Both the position numbers and the translations under genes were made by a program. Positions 24,631 to 33,653 of a DNA stretch of 36,575 nt are shown in pieces. This stretch comes from an uncultured Gammaproteobacteria bacterium (lineage in GTDB: Bacteria > Patescibacteriota > Patescibacteriia > Patescibacteriales > UBA12465). The notes under the pieces were generated by a model. That model was not told where the DNA came from. It did not search any database and worked only from the letters and a program-made list of their open reading frames with translations. The stretch spans positions 1 through 36,575 of the forward strand of contig CAZZBQ010000005.1 in assembly GCA_964652745.1 (NCBI GenBank). The letters are read 5' to 3'. Positions within the stretch are counted from its first letter, which is position 1; every line of letters begins with the position of its first letter.

Positions 24631-24660
24631 AAAAGGCCTCTGAATTAGAGACCTTTTAAA
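24631..24660. terminator. Hairpin between convergent genes (GT2 + / membrane protein -)
   Basis: AGGCCTCT-GAATT-AGAGACCT. It is fully paired (one G-U) on the minus strand, where it is followed by TTTTTATTTT. It has one mismatch on the plus strand. Confidence 0.5.
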
Positions 24661-24681
24661 AGAACAAACTTTGCCGTGAAC

Positions 24682-25173
24682 TTATACTGCCAACATTGGC
24701 AGTAATATTTTTTCCATCAACACGACGCCCAACCCCATTATTACCACTTTTATGGCTAGGCCATAAGATATAACGCTATGGGACTCAAGCAATATCTTCC
24801 GCTCCCCGGCATTAGTTGAGCCGAGGTGAACCCGTTTTACAGTATTCACCACACTAACTAATACGAAAGTAGCAAAGACTGCCAAACTGAACCATAAGGC
24901 GTATAATTCTATACCTTTAAGCTCCCAAAGAAAAACACCAGCAATTGTAAACACTAAAACATCGAATGAAAACGAAAGAAACCCCCTCTCGTTACCACTC
25001 AAATAAATTATTATCGCTACCGTTATAACAAAGGCAGCCATGACGGTCGACAGGGCCTCACTGGTAATATGAACGAAATCATATCCACATATCCATAGCC
25101 GTATCGCGAAAAATACAACCAAGAAGAGCAAGGTCGCTACGACCTCACCCAACAAACACTTACTTTTTTTCAT
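24682..25173 (-). CDS. Hypothetical membrane protein (about 5 TM)
   Basis: ATG at 25173 (MKKSKCLLGEVVATLLFLVVFF) is preferred over the ORF-track start at 25230. Hydrophobic throughout, no motif recognised. Confidence 0.55.
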   Translation of the reverse strand: MKKSKCLLGEVVATLLFLVVFFAIRLWICGYDFVHITSEALSTVMAAFVITVAIIIYLSGNERGFLSFSFDVLVFTIAGVFLWELKGIELYALWFSLAVFATFVLVSVVNTVKRVHLGSTNAGERKILLESHSVISYGLAIKVVIMGLGVVLMEKILLPMLAV

Positions 25174-25296
25174 TTTATATTTTTTTAAGTTACTATATAC
25201 TGTATCTGCCCACGCTTTCAGGCAAATCATAATAATTTATCATTAAAATATAAAAGCGTCAATAGTAAATAATAGCCAGTAATTAAGCAAAAAAAT

Positions 25297-25620
25297 ATGA
25301 TACAACAACTTATTGCCCTCGCCCTGATTGCCATTTTTATTTGGCGATTATCTGAACAAAAGCGAAGCAAAAAAATCGGCCGCAACGAATTTATTTTCTG
25401 GCTTTCTTTTTGGTTCTTGGGTGCAATTGCCGTTATCTTTATCAAGCAAATAGATAACTTAGTAATAATGCTCGGCTTCTCTTCCGGTATTAACTTCCTG
25501 CTTTATTTGACCATCATGTTGCTCTTTTACTTAGTTTTCAAGCTCCGCCTTTCTTTAGCTAAGCTCGATGCTAATTTAACAGAAATTGCTCGCGAGATCG
25601 CGATTAAGAAAAAATTATGA
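25297..25620 (+). CDS. DUF2304-like small membrane protein (glycosyltransferase-associated)
   Basis: 107 aa, 3-4 TM, with a basic loop after TM1 (RLSEQKRSKKIGRNEF). Size, topology and GT neighbourhood fit the DUF2304 family as I recall it. ATGA overlap with the next GT gene. Confidence 0.55.
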   Translation: MIQQLIALALIAIFIWRLSEQKRSKKIGRNEFIFWLSFWFLGAIAVIFIKQIDNLVIMLGFSSGINFLLYLTIMLLFYLVFKLRLSLAKLDANLTEIAREIAIKKKL

Positions 25621-26747
25621 AAATTGCCCAGCTGGTTTGTGCCTTTCCTCCCTACGCAGGTGGTATCGGCAACAGCGCTAAACGTCTAGAAGAAATCATT
25701 TCCCGAAAATATGAAATAGAAACTTTTCATCCGGATAACTCCCATCCCTGGCTTAGGCGTGGGCACGGTGCTTTTATACCCCAACTTCTCTGGCGTTTAA
25801 AAAAATTTGAGACGATTTATTTACACTACCCATTTTTTGGCACCGCTGAAATCGTCTGGCTTTTTTCTTTACTTAATAAAAACAAGCGCCTCATCGTCCA
25901 TTATCACATGGATGTAAAAAATGTTTCCCGACTTACTAAAATATTTAGTCTACCAAGCTTATTAATCAGAAGACCCCTCTTAAACCGGGCTGATATAATT
26001 ATCACCGCTAGCCTTGATTATATTAAGAATAGCCAGATTAGTAGCTTTTATGCCAAACATCCTGAAAAATTTAGAGAAATACCTTTTGGCGTTGACCTGA
26101 AAAAATTCAAACCCAAAGAATTAAATCTACCTAGTCAGACTAATATTATTGCCAAGGCTAAAGATTTAGTGCGCCGCGTTAATGATCTTTTCATCAAGAA
26201 AGACAAATTAGAATTAATCTTTGTCGGCGGATTAGACAGCGCTCATTACTTTAAAGGCGTTGAAATTCTGATTAAAGCACTCTCAATCATAAACCATAAA
26301 AATTGGCATTTAAAAATAGTCGGCGATGGTGACAGGCGTCCCATCTACGAAAATTTATCCGCCGAGTTAGGAATTGATAAGCGAATTGAATTTGCCGGCA
26401 AGCTTTCTGATGAAGATATGGTTAGGTCTTTGCAAGCCGCCGATGCTCTTATCTTACCATCAATCAATACTAACGAAGCTTTTGGTTTAGTGCTGATTGA
26501 AGCTTTAGCCTGTGGCCTGCCAGTCATCGCTTCTGACTTACCCGGTGTGCGCCGCGTCTTTCAAGAAGGACAGGAAGGATTATTAGTTAGACCAGGAGAA
26601 ATTTCTGACTTAGCCAACAAGATAGATGTTTTAGCGGCCAATCCTAAAAAGCAACAAGAAATGTCTAAAGCTGCTCGCAAACTTGCAGAAAGAAAATATA
26701 GTTTAGAAAAAATGGAAAAATCTTATGAAGATTTGCTTGCTCAATAA
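25617..26747 (+). CDS. Family 4 (GT-B) glycosyltransferase
   Basis: 376 aa. C-terminal EAFGLVLIEALACGLPVIASDLPGVRRVFQEGQEGLLVRPGE (the E-x7-E region typical of GT4). Confidence 0.85.
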   Translation: MKIAQLVCAFPPYAGGIGNSAKRLEEIISRKYEIETFHPDNSHPWLRRGHGAFIPQLLWRLKKFETIYLHYPFFGTAEIVWLFSLLNKNKRLIVHYHMDVKNVSRLTKIFSLPSLLIRRPLLNRADIIITASLDYIKNSQISSFYAKHPEKFREIPFGVDLKKFKPKELNLPSQTNIIAKAKDLVRRVNDLFIKKDKLELIFVGGLDSAHYFKGVEILIKALSIINHKNWHLKIVGDGDRRPIYENLSAELGIDKRIEFAGKLSDEDMVRSLQAADALILPSINTNEAFGLVLIEALACGLPVIASDLPGVRRVFQEGQEGLLVRPGEISDLANKIDVLAANPKKQQEMSKAARKLAERKYSLEKMEKSYEDLLAQ

Positions 26748-27780
26748 TCTCTATGCCCCCTACAACCGCGGTGGCGCGGAAAAAGTCGTTGCCGAGATGG
26801 CAGCTGATTTTAGACGTGCCGGTGAAGAAGTTATTATCATTTCTACCAAGCCACTCAAATCTGAACTAGCAACCCAAGAAATCAGCGGAAACATTTATCT
26901 ACCCTCTAATTTTTATAATCTAGGAAAACGCTCTTGGCCCTGGCGCTTGGCTTGGCACATATTTGATACATTCTCTTGTAAGCAAGCAAGAAAACTGAAT
27001 AAAATTTTTAAACAAGAAAAACCCGAGCTTATTATTTCTCATAACCTCATGGGCCTAGGGCTTATGTCAGTGCGTGCTATTAAAAAAAGCGGCGCCAAAC
27101 ACCACCACTTCCTCCACGACATTCAATTGCTTCATCCCTCCGGCTTAATGATGTTTGGTCAAGAAAAAATGCTTTTCTCTTTAGGCGCGAAACTATACCA
27201 AAAGTTAACTTGTTACTTACTCGGCTCTCCAGACTTAGTCCAGTCTCCTTCAAATTGGCTCCTCCAAGAGCATCTTAAGCGCGGATTCTTTCCAAAATCA
27301 AAAACGGAAGTTAAAAGATTAGCCGAATTGAAACCAGCTCCGGTCGCTAATCTGGCGTCAGCTAAAAATAAACCAGCTAAACAATTATTATTTGTCGGCC
27401 AAATTGAAGAACATAAGGGAATTATTTTTCTTATTGAAGCTTTTAAAAAACTGGCTAGCAGCGATATGATTCTACAAATCGCCGGCACTGGCTCTAAAAT
27501 GGAGGAAGCCAAAAAACTGGCCGCTAATGATAAAAGGGTAAGTTTCTTCGGCCAGTTAGAAAAAAATGATTTAAAAAAAACGATGGAAACGGCTCACGCC
27601 TTAATTGTTCCATCGCTTTGTTATGAGAATTCACCAACTGTAATTTATGAAGCTAAGGCTATTGGACTGCCCGTGCTTGCTTCTAACTTAGGCGGCATCC
27701 CGGAAATAATCACCGAAAACGACCGCTTGTTTATCCCTGGCGATGCGGCTGATTTATTTAAACAGCTAAGTTACATCTGA
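26725..27780 (+). CDS. Family 4 (GT-B) glycosyltransferase
   Basis: 351 aa. NRGGAEKVV N-terminus, ENSPTVIYEAKAIGLPVLASNLGGIPEII. Overlaps the previous GT by 23 nt. TGA stop. Confidence 0.8.
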   Translation: MKICLLNNLYAPYNRGGAEKVVAEMAADFRRAGEEVIIISTKPLKSELATQEISGNIYLPSNFYNLGKRSWPWRLAWHIFDTFSCKQARKLNKIFKQEKPELIISHNLMGLGLMSVRAIKKSGAKHHHFLHDIQLLHPSGLMMFGQEKMLFSLGAKLYQKLTCYLLGSPDLVQSPSNWLLQEHLKRGFFPKSKTEVKRLAELKPAPVANLASAKNKPAKQLLFVGQIEEHKGIIFLIEAFKKLASSDMILQIAGTGSKMEEAKKLAANDKRVSFFGQLEKNDLKKTMETAHALIVPSLCYENSPTVIYEAKAIGLPVLASNLGGIPEIITENDRLFIPGDAADLFKQLSYI

Positions 27781-28793
27781 AAACTTTGCAGCTTCTTGTG
27801 AGCCTGGATATCAAAGATAGTTTTCTTTAAACCATTTTCTAAAGTAACAACCGGCATCCAGCTAAGTTCATTTCTAGCTAATTTAATATCTGGGAGCATT
27901 AATTCGCTGAGAAATAATAAATTCTCAGCGTATTTTATTTGTGAAGCTGAGCCAGTTTCTCTAATAATAATTTTAACTACATCTGATAGACGGACATCCA
28001 CATCTGATCCAACATTCACCGGTCCAGCCAATTCAGAGCTCATTATTTTTTGAACAGCATCAAGTATATCTTCAATATAACAAAAAGATGAAGAAAAATT
28101 TTCATCACCATTAATAACAATATCCTTGCCCTCAAGCGCATTATTAATAAAATCAGGAATCATCTGGTCATCCTCGGACTGCATACGTGGTCCATAAGCT
28201 CTAAACAAACGAATAATTTTTGTATCAATACCGAACATGGAACGATAAGCCGAGACAACAGTCTCAGCAAAACGCTTACCTTCATCATAAACGGCCCGTT
28301 CTGACAAATTATCAACCATTCCTAAGTCAGTTTCTTTGGCTTTGAAATTAGGATTATCAGCATGGCGCGGACCATAAACTACTGATGAAGAAAAATGTAT
28401 AAACTTAGCACCATAGCGAACAGCAATATCTAACAAATTTTTTACAGCAAAAGAATTAGCTTCAATGGTCGCTAAGCGATTATCTATAAAGTTGCGCGGC
28501 GACATCGGACAAGCTAAATTATATATTTCCTGAATACCTTGGAACTCGATTTTAAATTTTTTTAATTCTGGCAAAGATTCTAAATCGATCGGCCGGGAAA
28601 TATCATGATTGATAAAAACAAAATTAGGATTAGCCAGTAAATGGTCAATATTACGCTCAGTACCGGAAATAAAATTATCAATACAAATCACTTTACAATC
28701 ATTAATTAATTGGTCGCATAAATGAGAGCCAATAAAACCGGCGCCACCAGCGACTAAAACGTTCTTTTTATCAAAAATTACCTGTTTTGGCAT
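27771..28793 (-). CDS. SDR-family NAD-dependent sugar-nucleotide epimerase/dehydratase, UDP-glucuronate decarboxylase (UXS)-like
   Basis: 340 aa. VLVAGGAGFIGSHLCDQL, VICIDNFISGTERNIDHLL, NLACPMSP, YDEGKRFAE, LFRAYGPRM. Confidence 0.8.
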   Translation of the reverse strand: MPKQVIFDKKNVLVAGGAGFIGSHLCDQLINDCKVICIDNFISGTERNIDHLLANPNFVFINHDISRPIDLESLPELKKFKIEFQGIQEIYNLACPMSPRNFIDNRLATIEANSFAVKNLLDIAVRYGAKFIHFSSSVVYGPRHADNPNFKAKETDLGMVDNLSERAVYDEGKRFAETVVSAYRSMFGIDTKIIRLFRAYGPRMQSEDDQMIPDFINNALEGKDIVINGDENFSSSFCYIEDILDAVQKIMSSELAGPVNVGSDVDVRLSDVVKIIIRETGSASQIKYAENLLFLSELMLPDIKLARNELSWMPVVTLENGLKKTIFDIQAHKKLQSFQM

Positions 28794-28798
28794 ATACT

Positions 28799-30826
28799 TT
28801 AATTATTTATCTTTATTATACCAGCCTTTATGCCGCGATTAAAGTCTTCCTCAAAGGCATAGAAAGATTCTAAAAGCGTACCAGAAATATCGAATACACG
28901 AATATGTGGTGCTCCCCCAGGATAAGCACTTAAAATAATATCAGCCAAGCCGTCATTATTAGTATCGCCCGCTGACAAACCAACTCCTCCCTGCCAATTC
29001 TTATTAAAACCTAAAAACTGCGACTGTAAACGAGCCCGATTGTCAAAAACTTTAATCTGAGGATCATGGCCTGGTCCCGGAGAAACAATAATCTCCGCCC
29101 TGCCCTTATTTCTACGACCATCAAGATTAGCGACGGCAATATTTACACCGCCACGAAAAGTTTTTTCATATGCCAGGAATACGCCCATCAGTTTGCCTTC
29201 GGCCGTAAAAAGCCTAACCTGTGGTTCTTGCCCAGAACCAAAAGCAACTACTATTTCCGGTTTGCTCTTGCCATCCAAATCTCCGGCCGCTATATTCAAG
29301 CTACCACGCCAAGCTGAACCAGTCACAGCAAAACGTGTTTTAAGAGTTCCCTTATATTCATAAACTCTAACCTCGCCACGGCCAGCCGAAGCTGGAGCAA
29401 CAATTATCTCTTGCTGACCATTATCATCTAAATCACTTAAAGCAATATTTACGCCGCCACGAAATTCTTTGTCCCAGGCTAGAAAAGAGGTCTTGAGCTT
29501 ACCTAAACTATTATATATTCTTAGACGCGGCTCCTCGCCCGATTTTGGGGCGACAACAAATTCATCTTCCCCATCGCCATCAACATCCCCGGCCGCAAAA
29601 ATAGCTCCTGTTTTAGATAGGTCCACTGGTAAATTATAAACAAAATCTCCATTAGCGGCGACTATTTTTATCTCCTTACTGCCATCAATAGCGGCAACTG
29701 CTAAACGGCTAACACGACTATATAATTTTTCTTTTGCCATCTCCACCGCCTTATTAACATTAAGACGACCATTGCCCAGCTGTCCCAAATAATTAGGGTT
29801 TAAGCGGCTTATATTATCAGCCGAGGCAAATAAAATATTTACAGTCTCACGTTTACTTAATTCCGGATTAGCCTGCTGAATTAAAGCCAGGGTCGCCGAA
29901 ACTAAAGGTGCTGCCATAGATGTTCCCGACCAGTAACCATCATAATCCTTATCAGCTCCCGGATAATTCCCATTAGTGGCTGTGCTAAAAAAGCTAATAC
30001 CAGGGGCGGCAATATCAATACAACTAAAACCATAGCTGGAAAATCTCGTCTTCTGATCAAGAGCATCAGTCGCTGCTACACCAATAACCATATTCTCACC
30101 AATTAACCTGCCATCGTAACAAGCTGGATAAATTTTTGTTTGATCAATGTTATAACCTTCGCCACCCGACTGTTCATTGCCGGCAGCGGCCACGATAATC
30201 ACGCCGGCATTATGAGCGCGATAAATTGCTTCCTGTAAACCTTCACTGTAATTAAAATTAACAAAACTCAAATTGATAATATCAGCACCATTATTAATAG
30301 CGTAATCAATCGCGCGAATAACATCGCTCACTCTCCCCTCGCCATTATCATTAAGAGCTTTAAGTGCCATAATTTGCGCCTTCCAAGTTACTCCAGCTAT
30401 GCCCTGTCCATTATTGCCAGAAGCGGCAATAATACCGGCAATCATCGTGCCATGGGAAACGCCAGCCTCTGTCCAGCCTTCAGAAAATTTTGGATTAGGG
30501 TCATTAATATTATTTGGAAAATCCCAGCCGTAAACATCATCAATAAAACCATTGCCATCATTATCAACATTGTCTCCTGGAATTTCACTGCGATTGTGCC
30601 AAATATTATCTTTTAAATCAGGATGATTAATCTGAATTCCTGAGTCAATCACCGCAATCACAGAATCAGGACTACCAGAGACCTTGTTCCAGGCAGCATC
30701 GGCTTGAATTTTACCTAAGTACCATTGATTATTAAAAAATTGGTCATTAGGAGTAATGGCCGCCGAAACTGAGCCTGCAAAAAACAGGCTGGAAAATATA
30801 AAAAAAGATGTTATGATTTTTCTCAT
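28799..30826 (-). CDS. Secreted subtilisin-like (S8) serine protease with C-terminal FG-GAP/VCBS-type repeats
   Basis: ATG at 30826 gives the signal peptide MRKIITSFFIFSSLFFAGSVSA. The catalytic triad contexts are VIAVIDSGI (Asp), HGTMIAGIIAA (His) and GTSMAAPLVSA (Ser). The C-terminal half holds about 5 repeats such as GDVDGDGEDEFVVAP, SDLDDNGQQEIIVAP, GDLDGKSKPEIVVAF, GDTNNDGLADIILSA. Confidence 0.88.
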   Translation of the reverse strand: MRKIITSFFIFSSLFFAGSVSAAITPNDQFFNNQWYLGKIQADAAWNKVSGSPDSVIAVIDSGIQINHPDLKDNIWHNRSEIPGDNVDNDGNGFIDDVYGWDFPNNINDPNPKFSEGWTEAGVSHGTMIAGIIAASGNNGQGIAGVTWKAQIMALKALNDNGEGRVSDVIRAIDYAINNGADIINLSFVNFNYSEGLQEAIYRAHNAGVIIVAAAGNEQSGGEGYNIDQTKIYPACYDGRLIGENMVIGVAATDALDQKTRFSSYGFSCIDIAAPGISFFSTATNGNYPGADKDYDGYWSGTSMAAPLVSATLALIQQANPELSKRETVNILFASADNISRLNPNYLGQLGNGRLNVNKAVEMAKEKLYSRVSRLAVAAIDGSKEIKIVAANGDFVYNLPVDLSKTGAIFAAGDVDGDGEDEFVVAPKSGEEPRLRIYNSLGKLKTSFLAWDKEFRGGVNIALSDLDDNGQQEIIVAPASAGRGEVRVYEYKGTLKTRFAVTGSAWRGSLNIAAGDLDGKSKPEIVVAFGSGQEPQVRLFTAEGKLMGVFLAYEKTFRGGVNIAVANLDGRRNKGRAEIIVSPGPGHDPQIKVFDNRARLQSQFLGFNKNWQGGVGLSAGDTNNDGLADIILSAYPGGAPHIRVFDISGTLLESFYAFEEDFNRGIKAGIIKINN

Positions 30827-30886
30827 ATAACATCTATATAATAGCATAAAACCCTGTTTTTACAAGCTGGATAAACTATTTAAAAA

Positions 30887-32098
30887 CTAGGTTTTAATAA
30901 TTTCCGCTAAAGTTTCACGAGCACATTTTTCCCAGCTAAAATTCTTAACACGTTCCAAGCCCCTAGTTTTTAGTTCTGCCAATAAATCATTGTCAGAACT
31001 TAAACGCGCCAGAGTATTAGCAATCGCTTGTATACTATTATGATTAAAATAAAGAGTCGCATCCTGAGCTACCTCTCTAAATACCGGGATGTCAGACACG
31101 GCTGTTGGCACACCACAGGCCATAGCTTGTAAAATCGGAATACCAAAACCTTCATGTTTTGAAGGAAAAATAAAAGCCTTGGCACCACTAAAAATAAAAG
31201 GCATGTCTTCTTCGTCAACCCAACCCGGCATAATAACATCATGATCTAAATTGAACTCAGCAATAATATATTTTACTTCATCATATCCGAAACTAGCATT
31301 GCCGATAAGAACCATTTTCTCTTTAATATCAGGCCTATCCTCTTTCAGCATCGCTAAAGCCTCAATTAAAACTGGAATATTTTTTTTCTTTTCAATTCGA
31401 CCGGCATACAAAAAATATGGAGCCTCTAAACCATATTTTTCCAATACAGCCGCCATTTTTTCCTTATCATCTATCACTCGATACAATGAATTATTATAAC
31501 CATTATGAACAACTTTAATTTTTTCTGTTTTTGTTTTTGGATAAAAATCAAGAATTTCACTTTTAGTAAACTCTGAAACGGTAATAATTTTTTTAGCACG
31601 GCGCAAGGCAAAATCAGTTGACCAATAAAGATAGTCTAAAGATTCGGAATGATACTTACCAAGCGTAAAAATACGTATTAAGACTTCGATAATTCTTTTA
31701 GAAAAAGCACCTTCCGTTTTAACACCAGAGGAACGATAAAGATTTCGCTCACGCACAAAAGCAATATCATGAATAGTATTAACGGTACGACGCGGATAAC
31801 AAAGAGGCATGGTGTGCGCTGGAATAAACAAAATATCCGGGCACTTAAAAATCATTTCTAAAGTCAGGCGGCCAAGAGTCCAGAAAGACATAAAAGGCCA
31901 CTTCAATAATTTAAAAGAAAAATTATCATGACCCTCAATAGCTTTAATTAGTTCGGGCGAAGCTGGACTATTCAAATATAAAATATATTTATTTTCACTA
32001 TCCAGCTTGGCAATATTTTTAATAAGATAAAAGGAGTACCATTCAGTACCGGTCTTTCTTTTTAAATTAGCGCGTGAAGCGTCTATACCTATTACCAT
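30887..32098 (-). CDS. Family 4 (GT-B) glycosyltransferase
   Basis: 403 aa. PSKHEGFGIPILQAMACGVPTAVSDIPVFREV. Confidence 0.82.
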   Translation of the reverse strand: MVIGIDASRANLKRKTGTEWYSFYLIKNIAKLDSENKYILYLNSPASPELIKAIEGHDNFSFKLLKWPFMSFWTLGRLTLEMIFKCPDILFIPAHTMPLCYPRRTVNTIHDIAFVRERNLYRSSGVKTEGAFSKRIIEVLIRIFTLGKYHSESLDYLYWSTDFALRRAKKIITVSEFTKSEILDFYPKTKTEKIKVVHNGYNNSLYRVIDDKEKMAAVLEKYGLEAPYFLYAGRIEKKKNIPVLIEALAMLKEDRPDIKEKMVLIGNASFGYDEVKYIIAEFNLDHDVIMPGWVDEEDMPFIFSGAKAFIFPSKHEGFGIPILQAMACGVPTAVSDIPVFREVAQDATLYFNHNSIQAIANTLARLSSDNDLLAELKTRGLERVKNFSWEKCARETLAEIIKT

Positions 32099-32129
32099 AA
32101 AAATAAAGCAAGCCCGAATTAGGCTTGCT
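32099..32129 (-). terminator. Intrinsic terminator after mreB
   Basis: AGCAAGCC-(7 nt)-GGCTTGCT is a perfect 8-bp stem (32107-32129). On the minus strand it is followed by TTTATTTT. It lies 3 nt after the mreB stop. Confidence 0.65.
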
Positions 32130-32131
32130 GT

Positions 32132-33139
32132 TTATTTTGTTGCGAGAATACTTCGCTTATAAGAATCTAGATTATCTAAAGCGATGCCCGTTCCTTTAGC
32201 AACACAGAGCATGGCATCATCAGCGACATAAGCTGGCACGCCGGTTGTGCGTGCAATCAATTGGTCCATGTTGCGTAAAAGCGAGCTGCCGCCAGTTAAA
32301 ACTATCCCCTTATCCATTATATCGGCTGATAATTCTGGTGGTGTCTTATGTAAGACTTTTTTAGCAGCCGCAATAATAGCTTCCAATTCATGCTGGATTG
32401 CTTCAGTAACATCATCACTAGAAACGGTAATGCTACGCGGCAAACCGGTTACAATATCTCGTCCCCGTACTTCCATATACAACTTGTCTTCCATATATAA
32501 AGCCGAGCCAATATTGATTTTAATTTCCTCAGATGTCCTTTCGCCAATTGCTAAATTATATTTCTTACGAACATATTCCAAAATTGCCGCATCTAATTTA
32601 TTACCGCCAACGCGAACTGAAGTCGAGGCAACTACGCCGCCCAAAGAAATAACGGCCATTTCAGCTGTGCCGCCGCCAATATCAATTACCATATGCCCAG
32701 TCGCTGAACCAATGGGAATATCAGCGCCAATCGCTGCAGCTACCGGCTCCTTAATAATATAAGCGGCTTTAGCACCAGCCGCAATCGTCGCTTCAATAAC
32801 GGCACGTCTTTCAGTTGAAGAAATTCCAGCCGGAACAGCCACCATAACTTCAGGACGAAAAAAACGTAGGCCTCCTAAAGTCTTGTTAATAAAATAACGA
32901 ATCATCGCCTCGGTTGCCCGGTAATCAGCGATGACGCCATCCTTAAGTGGTTTAACCGCCATAATAGTATCAGGCGTACGCCCAAGCATATCTTTAGCCT
33001 CGTTGCCTACTGCTAAAATCTTCTTATCAGCAATAGAAACAGCAACCACGCTCGGTTCGTTAACAACGATTCCACGGCGGGGTAAATAGACCAAAGTATA
33101 GGTTGTTCCGAGATCAATTCCGATCTGTTTGATAAACAT
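32132..33139 (-). CDS. mreB: Rod shape-determining actin homologue MreB
   Basis: 335 aa. IGIDLGTTYTLVYLPRRGIVVNEPSVVA, DGVIADY, VIDIGGGTAEMAVISLGG, GIVLTGGSSLLRNMDQLI. Confidence 0.94.
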   Translation of the reverse strand: MFIKQIGIDLGTTYTLVYLPRRGIVVNEPSVVAVSIADKKILAVGNEAKDMLGRTPDTIMAVKPLKDGVIADYRATEAMIRYFINKTLGGLRFFRPEVMVAVPAGISSTERRAVIEATIAAGAKAAYIIKEPVAAAIGADIPIGSATGHMVIDIGGGTAEMAVISLGGVVASTSVRVGGNKLDAAILEYVRKKYNLAIGERTSEEIKINIGSALYMEDKLYMEVRGRDIVTGLPRSITVSSDDVTEAIQHELEAIIAAAKKVLHKTPPELSADIMDKGIVLTGGSSLLRNMDQLIARTTGVPAYVADDAMLCVAKGTGIALDNLDSYKRSILATK

Positions 33140-33201
33140 AAAAAATCTAGTATATACAACTATTCATTCTATACCTTTTATGCGATTAGTCAAACTTAAC
33201 C

Positions 33202-33642
33202 TTACTCAAAAGCTAAATCCTCTTCATCCTCCGGCTCCTCGTCATTTTCGGCTTTTTCTTGATTTTTAATAATTTTAATTACTTTCTCGGAGAATTGGAA
33301 AGTGTCAAAATCCTCCTTAAAAAAGACATAATCAGCCCCCATTTCCAAGCTCCGCTCACGACTATCCTCATCACTCAAATCAGTAAAAATAAAGACTTCT
33401 TTATCTCTTAATTCAGAGTCTGATTTTATTTTTTTCAGCAACTCAAACCCATCAACCTTAGGCAAAATTAAGTCCAAAATAATATAGTCTGGTTCAAATT
33501 CACGTAGCATTGACAATAATTCTTCTTCATCCTCTTCTGCCTCGCTTACTTCAACATCAAAGTCAGCGGCCGCAAACTGCGACTCTAAACCATACAAAAT
33601 GTTGGCATCGTCTTCAATGATAAATATTTTTCTTCCACTCAT
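33202..33642 (-). CDS. Stand-alone response-regulator receiver (CheY-like) domain with an acidic C-terminal tail
   Basis: 146 aa. KIFIIEDDANI (acidic pocket), YIILDLILPKVDG (phospho-acceptor Asp context), IFTD, GADYVFFK. The tail is EKAENDEEPEDEEDLAFE. No output domain and no histidine kinase in the window. Confidence 0.8.
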   Translation of the reverse strand: MSGRKIFIIEDDANILYGLESQFAAADFDVEVSEAEEDEEELLSMLREFEPDYIILDLILPKVDGFELLKKIKSDSELRDKEVFIFTDLSDEDSRERSLEMGADYVFFKEDFDTFQFSEKVIKIIKNQEKAENDEEPEDEEDLAFE

Positions 33643-33653
33643 AGTTTATATTA

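Noticed and set aside
25227-25445. 72-aa minus-strand ORF overlapping the start of the DUF2304-like gene
   Set aside because: The plus-strand ORF has coherent TM topology, fits the GT context and shows ATGA coupling to the next gene. The minus-strand ORF would extend the upstream membrane gene region without support.
32247-32762. 171-aa plus-strand ORF antisense to mreB
   Set aside because: Shadow of the highly conserved MreB frame, with Ser/Ile/Ala-rich nonsense composition. The same reasoning applies to other antisense ORFs: 3564-3899, 6325-6915, 8481-9114, 9725-10325, 10767-11105, 11698-11973, 13716-13943, 15148-15414, 16942-17286, 19671-19895, 20902-21120, 23570-23896, 24234-24476, 26345-26527, 27213-27512, 29066-29317, 30374-30616, 31251-31499, 35649-36129.
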